NCBI GenBank assembly: GCA_027593235.1
Contig: JAQCIU010000020.1
Coordinates: forward strand, 1 to 58,883
DNA from: Chloroflexota bacterium
GTDB lineage: Bacteria; Chloroflexota; Dehalococcoidia; UBA2979
DNA length: 58,883 nt
Reading direction: 5' to 3'
Part shown: piece by piece, positions 1-10,504 of the stretch
How positions within the stretch are numbered: position 1 is the stretch's first letter
Layout of the letters: each line of letters opens with the position of its first letter
Notes under the pieces: generated by a model
Databases searched by the model: none
What the model was told of the DNA's origin: nothing
Seen by the model: the letters and a program-made list of their open reading frames with translations, nothing else
Made by a program: the position numbers and the translations under genes

Positions 1-58
1 GGTGAGGCCCGCCGATCGGCGGGCCTCCTTCGTGTTCGGATTCGTGGACCATCTGCTT
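1..58 (+). repeat. Copy 1 of a ~60-bp direct repeat (tRNA-downstream hairpin plus flank)
   Basis: Matches 794-851 at 50/58 positions; contains hairpin GAGGCCCGCC-GATC-GGCGGGCCTC (4-27). Confidence 0.85.
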
Positions 59-361
59 TCTTGGCAGAGGCTCTCCGACCGGATCGGATAACCAGCACCA
101 CCGGCTCGCACCCTCCTCAAATGGAGGGTCTCGGAACCTCCAGGGCCGGCAATCGCTGGGCGAATCGGTTATTCGTGCCACACAGGCCCAAAACGGGACC
201 TGACTGGTCCTCGGATTGCAGATGCCTCACCGCTCCCTCTGAAAGCCGGGGTCGGTCTTGATATCAGCATCGCCAGGCTGCTAAGAAACCTGTCCAAGCG
301 GCCGACAGCGACCTCGTAATCTCACCCGGCCTGTCGGACCGCGGCCAAGCAAGGAGCCTTG

Positions 362-694
362 ATGCCAGCATTCTATTCGACCCACGAGCGCCGAGAAGGA
401 GCCGACCGCAACGATCTTGCACTGGCAGCGCTGCAGCTCTGCCGTCGTTGGCGTGCGCACCCGGGGATTACTAGCGCGAAGTATTACTGGATCAACCCGA
501 GCAACATTTTGATGTTCGCGGAAGGCGCAGAAGGCGCCTTCAACATCGGCGAGTTCAACCGAGACCACGACAACGCCGCGGCGGTGTTCGCACTCGACGA
601 TCTCGCGCGAATGACGTCGAACCAGATGCTCGCGGATGCGGCCTCGGGCCAGGCGACTTACCAGACAGCGGGCAGCCCGACAGGCGCCAGCTAG
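362..694 (+). CDS. Hypothetical protein (~110 aa)
   Basis: AAGGAG RBS just before TTG/ATG; protein-like composition; no family recognised. Confidence 0.7.
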   Translation: MPAFYSTHERREGADRNDLALAALQLCRRWRAHPGITSAKYYWINPSNILMFAEGAEGAFNIGEFNRDHDNAAAVFALDDLARMTSNQMLADAASGQATYQTAGSPTGAS

Positions 695-742
695 CCGTGA
701 ACCGTTGGGGCGGCAGGTCGCCTCAACGATTCAACGTGACGC

Positions 743-778
743 AGAGGGTCGAGGGTTCGAATCCCATCTCCCGCTCCA
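743..778 (+). pseudogene. tRNA-Gly 3'-half fragment (att-like duplication)
   Basis: AGAGGGTCGAGGGTTCGAATCCCATCTCCCGCTCCA has a TTCGAAT T-loop, a Gly-type acceptor 3' strand CTCCCGC-TCCA and a mismatch in the T-stem; no proper D-arm/5' half upstream. Confidence 0.75.
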
Positions 779-793
779 GAACGCGCATATATA

Positions 794-851
794 GGGGAGG
801 CCCGCCAATCGGCGGGGCTCCTTCGTGTCCGGAGATCTGGACCATCTGCTT
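794..851 (+). repeat. Copy 2 of ~60-bp direct repeat, with terminator-like hairpin following the tRNA fragment
   Basis: GGAGGCCCGCC-AATC-GGCGGGGCTCC hairpin; 50/58 identity to 1-58. Confidence 0.85.
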
Positions 852-990
852 ACTGAGCAGGGAGGTCGCTCCAGTCGCCCAGCATGACGCGGACACAGGT
901 ACTGATCTTCGTGCGGATCGGGTTTTGCCACCCAGCGGCCGGTCGGATCAGGTCAAACGAGCGTCGGATGGATTATTGGCACTGAACAAC

Positions 991-1467
991 GTCTTCGTCG
1001 TGGTCTCGCATGACCGCCGGCGCATCGAGCACATCAACGTCACGGCACACCCGACGGCGGCGTGGGTCTGGCAGCAGATGATCGAGTCCACACCCTGGGG
1101 TCGCAAGCCCGGTGTCCTGCTACGCGACCGCGACCGCTGTTACGGTGCCGACTTCATCGCACGTGCCGCGCGCATCGGGATCGAGACGGTGCTGACGCCA
1201 ATCCACACGCCGCAGGCGAACGGCGTCGTCGAACGACTGATCGGGACACTGCGACGGGAGTGCGTCGCTCACATCATCCCGTTGAACGAGCGGCACCTGC
1301 GCCAGGTGATGCGGGAGTACGTCGTCTACTACAACGACACGCGGCCACACCGGACGCTCGCGCTCGAACCACCCGAAGGCGCGCGCATCCCGCAGCGGAA
1401 CGGCCCCGTCATCGCAATCCCGATCCTCGGCGGCCTTCACCATCGCTACGAGCGGAAGGCCGCCTGA
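991..1467 (+). mobile_element. 5'-truncated integrase-core (rve/DDE) transposase remnant
   Basis: VFVVVSHDRRRI..HPTAAW..LLRDRD..PQANGVVERLIGTLRREC..YYNDTRPHRTL..LGGLHHRY; N-terminal HTH and first catalytic Asp region missing; followed by end motif GATCGACGTTTTGACGCCCCACAGG. Confidence 0.85.
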
Positions 1468-1538
1468 TCGACGTTTTGACGCCCCACAGGGGTGAACCGG
1501 CCTCGGACGGACCAGCGGAGCAGCAGGCGCGGCCCGAA

Positions 1539-3269
1539 TCAGCGAGACCGCGCAGCCCCGGGAGGCGGCGGCGGAGCACCGAACTCGCGGGTAAAGGCGC
1601 GCCGCTGCTCAACCGTTCCCAGCATCACGAGAAGAGCGTCCGCTGGCAGCACGGTCTCGCGATGCATGGAGCTGATGAGACCCTCTTTCGTTTCAAGCCC
1701 GACGATACACAACCCCGTGCGGGTACCGATCAGGCTGTCGTTGAGCGTCATCGAGGCCAGCGACGGGGGTACCGGGCGGGTGAAGAGATCGACGCCTTCG
1801 CCGATCGTGACCAGTTCGTGCCCGCGGAGTCGCGAGAAGATGGACTGGGCGCCGAGCGAGGAGTAACTCAGCGCGAAGTCCGCGCCGGCGCGGTGGATCG
1901 CCTCCACGTTCTGTTCATCGGTGACACGGCTGACGATGCGCAGCGACGGGTTGAGCCGCCGACAGTAGACGGCGAGGTAGATGTTCATCGCGTCGTCGTT
2001 GGTGGTCAGGACAACGGAGGATGCTTCCGCTATCCCGGCACGCTCGATCACGGCGCGGTCCGCGGCATCGCCAATCAGCACCTCGTCAGCGATGCCGAGC
2101 AGACGGGCCCGCTGGCCCTCGTCCCGGTCCAGGACGTGCGTCCGCACGCCCTGTCGCCTGAGGTGCGCAGCAGCCGCGCCGCCGACGCGGCCGGCGCCGA
2201 TCACGAGTACTGGGCGGTCTGCACGGGGTGCGCGGGGTAGTCGCCGATCGATCGATTCGAGCGCCTCCACCGTGCCGGTGACCACGACCACGTCTGATTC
2301 GCGCACGACTGTCTCGGGGAACACCTGACGAAGCTGGCCACTGGACCAGACGCCAACGATATTGACGTCGTGGCGGTCGCGCAGATGCGTGTCCTTTACC
2401 TCGAGGCCGACGAGTCCTCCTTCTGCCGCCGGCAGCTCGGCAATGGAGAGATGCTTGTAGCTGCCAACGATGTGGGCCCCGGGCTGGATGTGCACGCGGC
2501 TTGCCAGCGCCTCGCCGAGCTGGCGCTTCAACGGCAGCACGTGGGTCGCACCACTGAGCTCGAGCACGTCGATCGAGTCGTCCTCTTCCACGATCGCGGT
2601 GATGGGCACCGTCTCGCTGACCTCCCGGACGGTCAGGATGATGTTCGTGTTGACGATGTCACCGGCGTTCGCGACAACCATGTACGCCCGATCCGCGCCG
2701 ATCGCCCGGTAGGTCTCCGCGCTGTCGCGACGCCCGGTCACGACGCTGATTCCCTCCTCAAGGAGGCGATTCGCCTCGACCGGATCGGACTCGAGGAGGA
2801 CGTAGCGATGCGAGACGGCATCGAGTCGCTTCACGAGGCCGGGAACGATGGGATCGTTGCTTGCGATGATGACGTGGCCGCTCAAGCCAGCGGGGACCGT
2901 TCGAGGCGTCCGCGAGCGGAGTCGTGCCTCGATCCATGGCGCGTAAAAGAGCCGGACGAACTGAAACGGCAACATGATCAGCAACAGGACGACGCCTGAA
3001 CTGAGCACGACGATTGTGAAGACCCGTCCGAGATCGCTCTCGAAGGTGATGTCGCCGAAGCCGAGCGTCGTCATCACCACGAGCACCCAATAGAGGCCCG
3101 TCAGCCACGAATGCGACTGTCCTTCGCGCTCCATAATCACGTGAAAGATGACCGCGAACAGGAAGATCGCTCCGCCCAGGAAGGCGAGGTAGCGGAGGAG
3201 TGAGCCGACGCTCGTGCGCATTTCTCGTGTCGCCAAGAGCGCGACCAGAACGCTGGGCAGGTACTTCAT
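1539..3269 (-). CDS. Potassium channel family protein with TrkA-N/TrkA-C (RCK) domains
   Basis: Pore motif TTLGFGDI between two TM helices; two RCK repeats (VIGAGRVG), TrkA-C domains. Confidence 0.92.
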   Translation of the reverse strand: MKYLPSVLVALLATREMRTSVGSLLRYLAFLGGAIFLFAVIFHVIMEREGQSHSWLTGLYWVLVVMTTLGFGDITFESDLGRVFTIVVLSSGVVLLLIMLPFQFVRLFYAPWIEARLRSRTPRTVPAGLSGHVIIASNDPIVPGLVKRLDAVSHRYVLLESDPVEANRLLEEGISVVTGRRDSAETYRAIGADRAYMVVANAGDIVNTNIILTVREVSETVPITAIVEEDDSIDVLELSGATHVLPLKRQLGEALASRVHIQPGAHIVGSYKHLSIAELPAAEGGLVGLEVKDTHLRDRHDVNIVGVWSSGQLRQVFPETVVRESDVVVVTGTVEALESIDRRLPRAPRADRPVLVIGAGRVGGAAAAHLRRQGVRTHVLDRDEGQRARLLGIADEVLIGDAADRAVIERAGIAEASSVVLTTNDDAMNIYLAVYCRRLNPSLRIVSRVTDEQNVEAIHRAGADFALSYSSLGAQSIFSRLRGHELVTIGEGVDLFTRPVPPSLASMTLNDSLIGTRTGLCIVGLETKEGLISSMHRETVLPADALLVMLGTVEQRRAFTREFGAPPPPPGAARSR

Positions 3270-3678
3270 TGAAACTCTCGGTTCCGCTTGTGTTGCGTGA
3301 TGCCGCCCTGATCACCGGATCGCGAATGCCAACTACCGAGAGCGATCAAGGCCTTATCGTATACGGCCACGGTCAGCCCAAGGTGGCCGCGCGCGCGGCA
3401 ACCCTGGACCGAGGAACTTGGCGAAGCGATCAGGTGCGCAGGTCGATCGAAGTCGACCGCCCTGCCGGCGGTCCGCAGCACCTGCCGCAACCCGCGACGC
3501 CCGTGGGAGTGCCGCAGTACCTCGGCAACGACGCTGGTTCGATGGGCTGTCATCGCGTGCTAGGTTGCGGCCTCGTTCGATCGCCTGACTGCCGTCGGTT
3601 GCCGGCGCGGCTCGAGCGGCCAGGGCGGGTGAGCGGGATGGCGGGTGCCGAGCGACCCCGGCGCCGGAGGAGGGGGGC

Positions 3679-4197
3679 ATGGTGACCTCGGAGCTTGAGG
3701 ATCGATTGCGCCTAGTCGAAGACGAGCAAGCGATCAGGCGACTGAAGGCGTTCTACGCGAAGTCGGCCGACTCGAAGTACACCGACGATCATCGGCGGAA
3801 GCCGCAGGCGGAGATCGATGCGATCACTCGGCGGCAGATCGACACAGTGTTCACCGAGGATGGCGTGTGGGACGGCGGCGGGCAGTTCGGTGAGATCCGC
3901 GGGCGGGATGCGATCTACGAGCATCTGCGGTTGGGCCGCTGGTCGTTCTCAATGCACTACTTCGTGAGCCCGCACATCGAGCTGGATGGCGATACGGCGC
4001 ACGGCACGTGGATGCTCTGGCAGCCGTGCACGCTCGCCGAGGGCAACCGGTCGATGCTGATGTCCGCGACTACCGAGGATGACTACGTCCGAACGGAATC
4101 GGGCTGGCAGATGAGCCGCTACACCTTCAGGTTGAAGTTCCTGGTTCCCCACGACCAGCCCTGGTCCGTGAACCGGAATGCACCGTTCCGCGGGTGA
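3679..4197 (+). CDS. SnoaL-like/NTF2 family protein (SnoaL_4; BaiE/LinA-like fold)
   Basis: RLVEDEQAIRRLKAFY..FTEDGVW..GRDAI..IELDGDTAHGTW..DDYVRTESGW; GGAGG RBS. Confidence 0.85.
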   Translation: MVTSELEDRLRLVEDEQAIRRLKAFYAKSADSKYTDDHRRKPQAEIDAITRRQIDTVFTEDGVWDGGGQFGEIRGRDAIYEHLRLGRWSFSMHYFVSPHIELDGDTAHGTWMLWQPCTLAEGNRSMLMSATTEDDYVRTESGWQMSRYTFRLKFLVPHDQPWSVNRNAPFRG

Positions 4198-4214
4198 GCT
4201 AGCGCGGAGCCCGG

Positions 4215-5040
4215 TCAATCGATCGCGGGCAGACGCACGAGGCGTGAGCGCAGCGAGCCCTGGAGCAGGGCTGCGAGAAAGAGCACGGTCCCGACGAGGA
4301 CGACAGTGGCTCCCGAGGAGATGTCGGCGTACCAGCTCAGGTAGATGCCGATCAGGCCGCTGAGTGCGCCGACCGTGACCGACAGCAGGATCACGCGGTG
4401 GAACGAGTCGGTGAGCAGCCGCGCAACGATCGGCGGAATGACGATCGCGGCGGCAATCATCGTCACCCCGAGGATCTGCATCGAGACCACGACGGTACCG
4501 GCGAGGGCGAGCGAGAAGACGGCGTCGATCCAACCGGTTGGTACGCCGAAGACCGGCGCAACCTCGGGATCGAAGGTGGCGAACAGGAGCTGGCGGTAGC
4601 CGAGCGCGATCACGACAGCGACCGCAGTCGTCACGAGTGCGATCGCAACGAGGTCGTTGTTGTTGACACCGAGGATGTTGCCGAAGAGTGCTGCGTCGAA
4701 GTCGCGGGTGAAGGTGCGGAATCGCGAGATCAGCGCGATCCCGACAGCGAAACTGGCCGTGGTGATGATGCCGATGGCGGCGTCAGCGCCGATCGTTGGG
4801 CGGCGACGCGCGGTGAGGTTGATCAGCAGCGCGGCGACGAAGCCCCAGAGGCTCGCGCCGACGTAGAAGTTGATCGACATCACGAAGCTCACGACCGCGC
4901 CGCCGAAGACGGCGTGCGAGAGGCCGTGCCCGATGTAGCTCATCTGGCGCAGCACGATGTAGACGCCCATCAGTCCGCAGAGCGCGCCCACGAGCGTGGC
5001 GGCGATTAAGCCTCGGACGAAGAAGTCGTACTGAAGTGGC

Positions 5041-5048
<8 letters not shown>
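4215..5048 (-). CDS. Zn/Mn ABC transporter permease (ZnuB/MntB family)
   Basis: LRQMSYIGHGLSHA, LFGNILGV, FDPEVA motifs; multiple TM helices. Confidence 0.92.
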
Positions 5049-5907
<859 letters not shown>

Positions 5908-5928
5908 GGGGACCTCCGAGGCGTCACT

Positions 5929-6945
5929 CTACTGCGGGTAGGAGGCGGTGCTGGTCCCGGCGAAGACCGGCGAGACATCGACCGCGGTCACGGCGGCCGC
6001 GTCGCCGCCGAGTGCCGAGACCATGATCTCGAGGTCAGTGACCATCAGGCCCAGATAGCCGTGACGCCCGTCCCCGGGCTCGCCGGGCAGGTCGTCATCG
6101 CGCAGTTCGTCGACGTAGCGCGCGCCGCTCTCGGCGGCGATCGTCGCGAGGACGTCGCTGGCGAACACCTCCGAGCCGAAGATGGCGGGCACACCAGACT
6201 CCTTGACCTGCTCGATCAGGCGAGCGACCTCGCGAGGGGATGGGTCGCTGAAGTTCGACGGCTGCATCGCCCCGATCACGGTGAACCCGTAGCGAGCGGC
6301 GAAGTACGGAAAGGAGTCGTGGTAGGTGAGAAGTTGGCGCCGCTCCGCGGGGATCGTGGCGACGGCCTCGTGGATCGCGGCGTCGAGGGCGGTGATGCGA
6401 GCGCGGAACGCCTCGAGGTTGGTGCGGTAGTAGTCGGCGTTGTCCGGATCGAGCGCGATCAGTTGTTCCGCGATCAGCTCCGCGTAGCGCAGCGACAGCA
6501 GCGGATCGGTCCAGAGGTGGGGGTTCGGCTTCCCGTCACTCTCGGGGAAGGAGAAGTCGAAGACCCAGTCGTCACGCGTGATCGCGCTGTCGCCGACTAG
6601 GAGAATCACGGCGTCTTCGCGACGGTTCGCCTCGGCGAGTTCGAGCGTCGGTTCCTCGAGGCGGAGTCCGTTGAGGACGATCAGATCGGCATCGGAGAGG
6701 GTGCGCGCCACCGAGGGCGCGGGCTCGAAGGTGTGGGAGTTGACGCCCTCGGGCACGATCCCGGTGAGGTCGATCCGCGTTCCGCCGATGTTCTCGGCGA
6801 TGCTGGTCAGCGGCGACACGGTGGTGACAACGCGGAGGCGGCCGGTGGCGTCGCCGCCGCCGGCCGCGTCGTCGTCCGCCCCACCGCCACAGGCGACCGC
6901 AACGAGGGCGACCGCAGCGCCGAGGGCAGCGACGACCTTATTCAT
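5929..6945 (-). CDS. Metal ABC transporter substrate-binding lipoprotein (ZnuA/TroA family)
   Basis: Lipobox AVAC; NSHTFEP, NGLRLE, NPHLW, TYHDSFPYFA; ATG at 6945 overlaps the fur stop. Confidence 0.92.
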   Translation of the reverse strand: MNKVVAALGAAVALVAVACGGGADDDAAGGGDATGRLRVVTTVSPLTSIAENIGGTRIDLTGIVPEGVNSHTFEPAPSVARTLSDADLIVLNGLRLEEPTLELAEANRREDAVILLVGDSAITRDDWVFDFSFPESDGKPNPHLWTDPLLSLRYAELIAEQLIALDPDNADYYRTNLEAFRARITALDAAIHEAVATIPAERRQLLTYHDSFPYFAARYGFTVIGAMQPSNFSDPSPREVARLIEQVKESGVPAIFGSEVFASDVLATIAAESGARYVDELRDDDLPGEPGDGRHGYLGLMVTDLEIMVSALGGDAAAVTAVDVSPVFAGTSTASYPQ

Positions 6946-7447
6946 CGCCGCCTCCGGGCTGACGCCCGGGCTCAGCGCTGGACTCACCGCTGGGCTCACC
7001 GCTGGAGCTAGCGTCGGTAGTGGGGAGGCAGGCGGAACACAGCCCCGGGACGGCGAGATGGGAGATGAGCGGCTCGAAGCCGGTGCGCTCCCGGATCTCG
7101 GATTCGACGCCGGTCAGCGATGCAAGCTCGAGTTGGACGGTGCCGCCGCAGGCGCGGCAGATCAGGTGGTGATGCCGTTCGGCCTGCCCGGCCTCGTAGA
7201 CGGTCTCGGCGCCGGCGGAGCGCAGCGCCGTGACGAGGTGGACCTCCTCGAGCGAGGCAAGCGTGCGGTAGACGGTGGAGAGGGCGACCTCGCTTCGCGG
7301 ATCAGCCCGTTGGACGGCCTCAAAGATCTGGTCGGCGGTCTGGTGGGGCGGACCGTGATGCAGGGCGGCCATGACCAGACCGCGCTGAATGGTGTAGCGG
7401 CGCCCGGCAGCACGGATGACGCCAGCCAGTTCGTTCTCACAGCTCAT
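6938..7447 (-). CDS. Fur family transcriptional regulator (probably Zur)
   Basis: ALSTVYRTL, HHHLICRACG, C-terminal CSAC; first gene of metal ABC operon. Confidence 0.9.
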   Translation of the reverse strand: MSCENELAGVIRAAGRRYTIQRGLVMAALHHGPPHQTADQIFEAVQRADPRSEVALSTVYRTLASLEEVHLVTALRSAGAETVYEAGQAERHHHLICRACGGTVQLELASLTGVESEIRERTGFEPLISHLAVPGLCSACLPTTDASSSGEPSGESSAEPGRQPGGGDE

Positions 7448-7452
7448 GTTCG

Positions 7453-7474
7453 CTCCTGCAATTATTCGCAGGAG
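7453..7474. promoter_or_regulatory. Candidate Fur/Zur operator overlapping the RBS of the fur-family gene
   Basis: CTCCTGC-AATTATTC-GCAGGAG perfect 7-bp inverted repeat with an AT-rich AATTATT core. Confidence 0.6.
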
Positions 7475-7583
7475 TATCGCGATCTCGATTCAAGCTGTCC
7501 AGCCCGGCGTGTGCCCGCGTCGCGCGCCTCGGGTTGGCCGGCCGACTGCGCCGTCCGATCCGGGCGAGCCGAGGGCGTGAGGG

Positions 7584-9617
7584 CTAGTGGAAGCTTCGCG
7601 GAACTTCCTTGCTCCAGCTACGGGTGCGCAGGCGGGTTCCGTTCTCGAACAGCTCGCGCGTGTACTCGTAGCGGAACGAACTGGCGTCGCTGACAAGCGA
7701 GAAGCTGCCACGCCACTCCACGGTCCGATCGCCGGCGAGTTCGTAGAACCTCGAGGTGTCGGCGACCACGGAGGCGTTCGCGGGACGGGCGTCGTCGACG
7801 CGGTAGCTGACGGTGGCACTCGTCGAGGTGCGCCCCCACGGGTGCGAGAGCCGGGCGCGGTTCCGCCACGTGACGACGGCCTCCCCGGTCAGCGGACCGA
7901 TCGCCCTCGACCAGGGCGCCGGCACCGAGGCGGGCGCGTTGGTCGTAGGGATGGGTGGAAAAGCCATGGGTGACAGCGGGTATGGCAGGTCTGCCACCGG
8001 CTCCGGCTGTGGACCGGCGAGCGGCGCGGCGGCCTGATCGAGGACGGGAAGGGCGATCGTCGAGCCCGCGTGGACGCTGGTGCGCATCGGGTGCGGGGTG
8101 GGCCAGATCATCGGCCACTGCGCGTTCGCGATCGCGATTCGGACGCGGTGGCCGGGCGCGAACACCCACGAGGTGAAGTGCAGGTCGACAGCGAGTTCGA
8201 ACGCGACACCCGCCTCGATAGCGACCGGGGCGCCTCCCGGCGTTCGATGCGCGCCGGATCGGCCGGCGCCGGTGACGAGGGTGACACGACCGTCCGGCGC
8301 GACATCGGAGAGCCGCACGAGCCAGTTGGCGGTATCGGCGTCGGCGGAGACCCGGAGCCGCGCGCCGGGGCGTCCGAGGATCGCAAGCGGCTGATCCAGC
8401 GGCGGCGAGTCGAAGACGATCGAGGCGTCGTCGAGCGGCGCCTGATCGGCGAGCAGATCACCCCACCAGGTGCCGGCCTCGAAACCGACGCTCGGGACAT
8501 ACGGCAGTGATTGGACGTGATCCTTCGGGGGCGCGATCGCGTAGAGAGCGGTCGGGGACGCAGGCGTCGGGGGTTCCGGGGAAAGCTCCAGCGACCAGCG
8601 GTGTGGGGCGACCTCGTCAGCGGGCCAGTGCGCGGCGGTGTGCCAGCGGCCGGGGACGGCGGGGAGCGTCGGCTCGGGTGGGTGGTACGTGCGGAGGTAG
8701 TAGCTGAGCGCTGGCTCGGCGAGGACGCCGTTCTCCTCGCCCTTCAGGAAGTGATCGAACCAGCGAACGGCGCGGTCTCGCCATTCGACGTTCGGACCGG
8801 GGACGGCGTCGTGCGGATAGCGATGCGGCCACGGGCCGACGAGCGCCTGAACGGGTACCTGCACGTGCTCGAGCATCCTCGGGATGCTGTCGCGATACCC
8901 GTCGTAGTAGCCGCCGAGGAGTAACGCCGGGACCTTGAGCCGCGCGTAGTCGGTCTTCAGCGACCCGCGCTGCCAGAACGGACCGTCTTGCGGGTGCTCG
9001 AGTTTGGCGATCATCCACGGCTCGCTATCGAAGCGCAGCGAGAGCGCCTCGTCATCGATCGGAAACGACGGCGATGCGGTGACGGCGTTCGCCAGATCCT
9101 GGCTGAGTTCGTAGTGGGCGACGTGCATCATCCCGTCCAGGTAGTGGACGTCATCGAAGAAGAGGTCGTCCGAGGCACAGGCGGCGGCGATCGCGCCGAG
9201 CGGCGCGGGCGCGCGCATCCCGAGCTGGATGGCGTTGAAGCCGCCCCAGGAGATGCCGAACATGCCGACGTTGCCGGAGCACCACCCCTGCTCGGCGAGC
9301 CAGTCGATCACGACGACAGCATCGTCGAGTTCCTGCTCCGAATATTCGTAAGCGGGGAGCCGTCCCTCGCTGCTGCTGGTGCCGCGGATGTCGACGCGGA
9401 CGACCGCATAGCCGCGCTCGACGAAGTAGGCGTAGAGGCCGTAGCGGTACGCGCGGTCCTCTTCCTTGCGGTAGGGCAGCAGCTCCAGCAGAACCGGCAC
9501 GGGCGCGGCGTCAGCGGCCGGAAGATAGAGGTCGGCGGCAAGCGATACGCCATCGGGCATGGGGATGGCGACCTGGCGGAAGGCGATAGCGTCACTGGAG
9601 AGCTGTTCTTCGAGCAC
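7584..9617 (-). CDS. CocE/NonD family serine hydrolase (peptidase S15/PepX_C)
   Basis: MPDGVSLAADLYLP, PYRK, GMFGISWGG nucleophile elbow, GPWPH. Confidence 0.9.
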   Translation of the reverse strand: MLEEQLSSDAIAFRQVAIPMPDGVSLAADLYLPAADAAPVPVLLELLPYRKEEDRAYRYGLYAYFVERGYAVVRVDIRGTSSSEGRLPAYEYSEQELDDAVVVIDWLAEQGWCSGNVGMFGISWGGFNAIQLGMRAPAPLGAIAAACASDDLFFDDVHYLDGMMHVAHYELSQDLANAVTASPSFPIDDEALSLRFDSEPWMIAKLEHPQDGPFWQRGSLKTDYARLKVPALLLGGYYDGYRDSIPRMLEHVQVPVQALVGPWPHRYPHDAVPGPNVEWRDRAVRWFDHFLKGEENGVLAEPALSYYLRTYHPPEPTLPAVPGRWHTAAHWPADEVAPHRWSLELSPEPPTPASPTALYAIAPPKDHVQSLPYVPSVGFEAGTWWGDLLADQAPLDDASIVFDSPPLDQPLAILGRPGARLRVSADADTANWLVRLSDVAPDGRVTLVTGAGRSGAHRTPGGAPVAIEAGVAFELAVDLHFTSWVFAPGHRVRIAIANAQWPMIWPTPHPMRTSVHAGSTIALPVLDQAAAPLAGPQPEPVADLPYPLSPMAFPPIPTTNAPASVPAPWSRAIGPLTGEAVVTWRNRARLSHPWGRTSTSATVSYRVDDARPANASVVADTSRFYELAGDRTVEWRGSFSLVSDASSFRYEYTRELFENGTRLRTRSWSKEVPRSFH

Positions 9618-9843
9618 GGGTCCAGACTTCCTCGGTGCAGGACGGCCGAGAGACCTCGGCGCGTGTGCTGGCGAAGATGCGCCGCGCGGCGGGCGCGGTC
9701 GAGGTATGGCGGCCCTCGGGAGAGTACGCGCCGCGAACCTGGCACCGAGGTGGTGCGGCGCGGAGGCGGAGACGGCGGGCCATCGGGCGCCGCGCGGGCG
9801 CTCCGCTCCTACCGTTCGTCGTGGTCGGGCGCGGCTGACACGA

Positions 9844-10368
9844 TCAGGTCGCGCGGCGTCCGAGTTCCTGCCGCGCGTCGTCGCGAGCGCGATCGATAAT
9901 CGTCAGCACTCGCTCGGGGTGGTGGATATTGCCGAGGACGAAGCGCTCTTGCTCGCCGGCCGTCTGCACCCTGAGGTCGCCGAAGTCGAGCATCGTCTGG
10001 AGCACCCCCGACCGAGACATCGAGACATCCTAGATATCGACGAGGTCGGCGGAGGCCACCTGGTGGTGGAACCAGTGCCGGCGGAGCGAGTCGATCAAGC
10101 GCTGATTCGTGATCAGCCAGACGTCGTGGTGGTAGCGGTACCAGCGAAAGTAGCCCCGGACCGCGAGGCTGAGCGCCCAGACGACGGCGACGCCGATGAC
10201 AGCGAGTCGACCGCCATTGGCGTCGATCTTCGTCGCCAACCAGACCCCGACAAGCAATGGCACGAGGCCGAGCAGCGCATCCGCGGCGAGCCACGGGTAG
10301 AGGACGATCCAGTGCCGCCGCGAGAGGTGAACGACCTCTTCGCCGGGCTGTAGCTCTACCGGGGTCAT
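9844..10368 (-). pseudogene. Membrane-anchored bacterial PH-domain protein interrupted by in-frame TAG (10030-10032)
   Basis: LQPGEEVV..RRHW, 2 TM helices, ITNQRLID..ADLVDI*DVSMSRSGVLQTMLDFGDLRVQTAGE continues in frame to TGA at 9844. Confidence 0.8.
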
Positions 10369-10504
10369 CGCGTGCTCCCGCTCTCGAATGCCTGGCTGCC
10401 CTGGTGCGGCGTGATCGTAGTCGATCACCTGCCTTAGGCGTCGCCACCGGCCGGGCGCACGCCGCCCGCGCCGCCGGAAGCGACCGAGGCGCTTCTCGCA
10501 GGTG

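Noticed and set aside
700-778. Intact tRNA gene
   Set aside because: Only the 3' half matches. There is no TAGCTCAG/GG D-arm or paired anticodon stem, and the acceptor and T stems have mismatches.
697-990. N-terminal part of the 256-aa ORF as integrase coding sequence
   Set aside because: It is translation through the tRNA fragment, hairpin and end motifs; integrase similarity starts at VFVV.
3266-3553. 95-aa minus-strand ORF upstream of the K+ channel
   Set aside because: No recognisable motif or RBS; may be a decayed remnant but cannot be supported.
6955-7012. 12-bp degenerate tandem repeat
   Set aside because: Encodes the low-complexity Fur C-terminal tail (SSGEPSGESSAEPG); no further significance evident.
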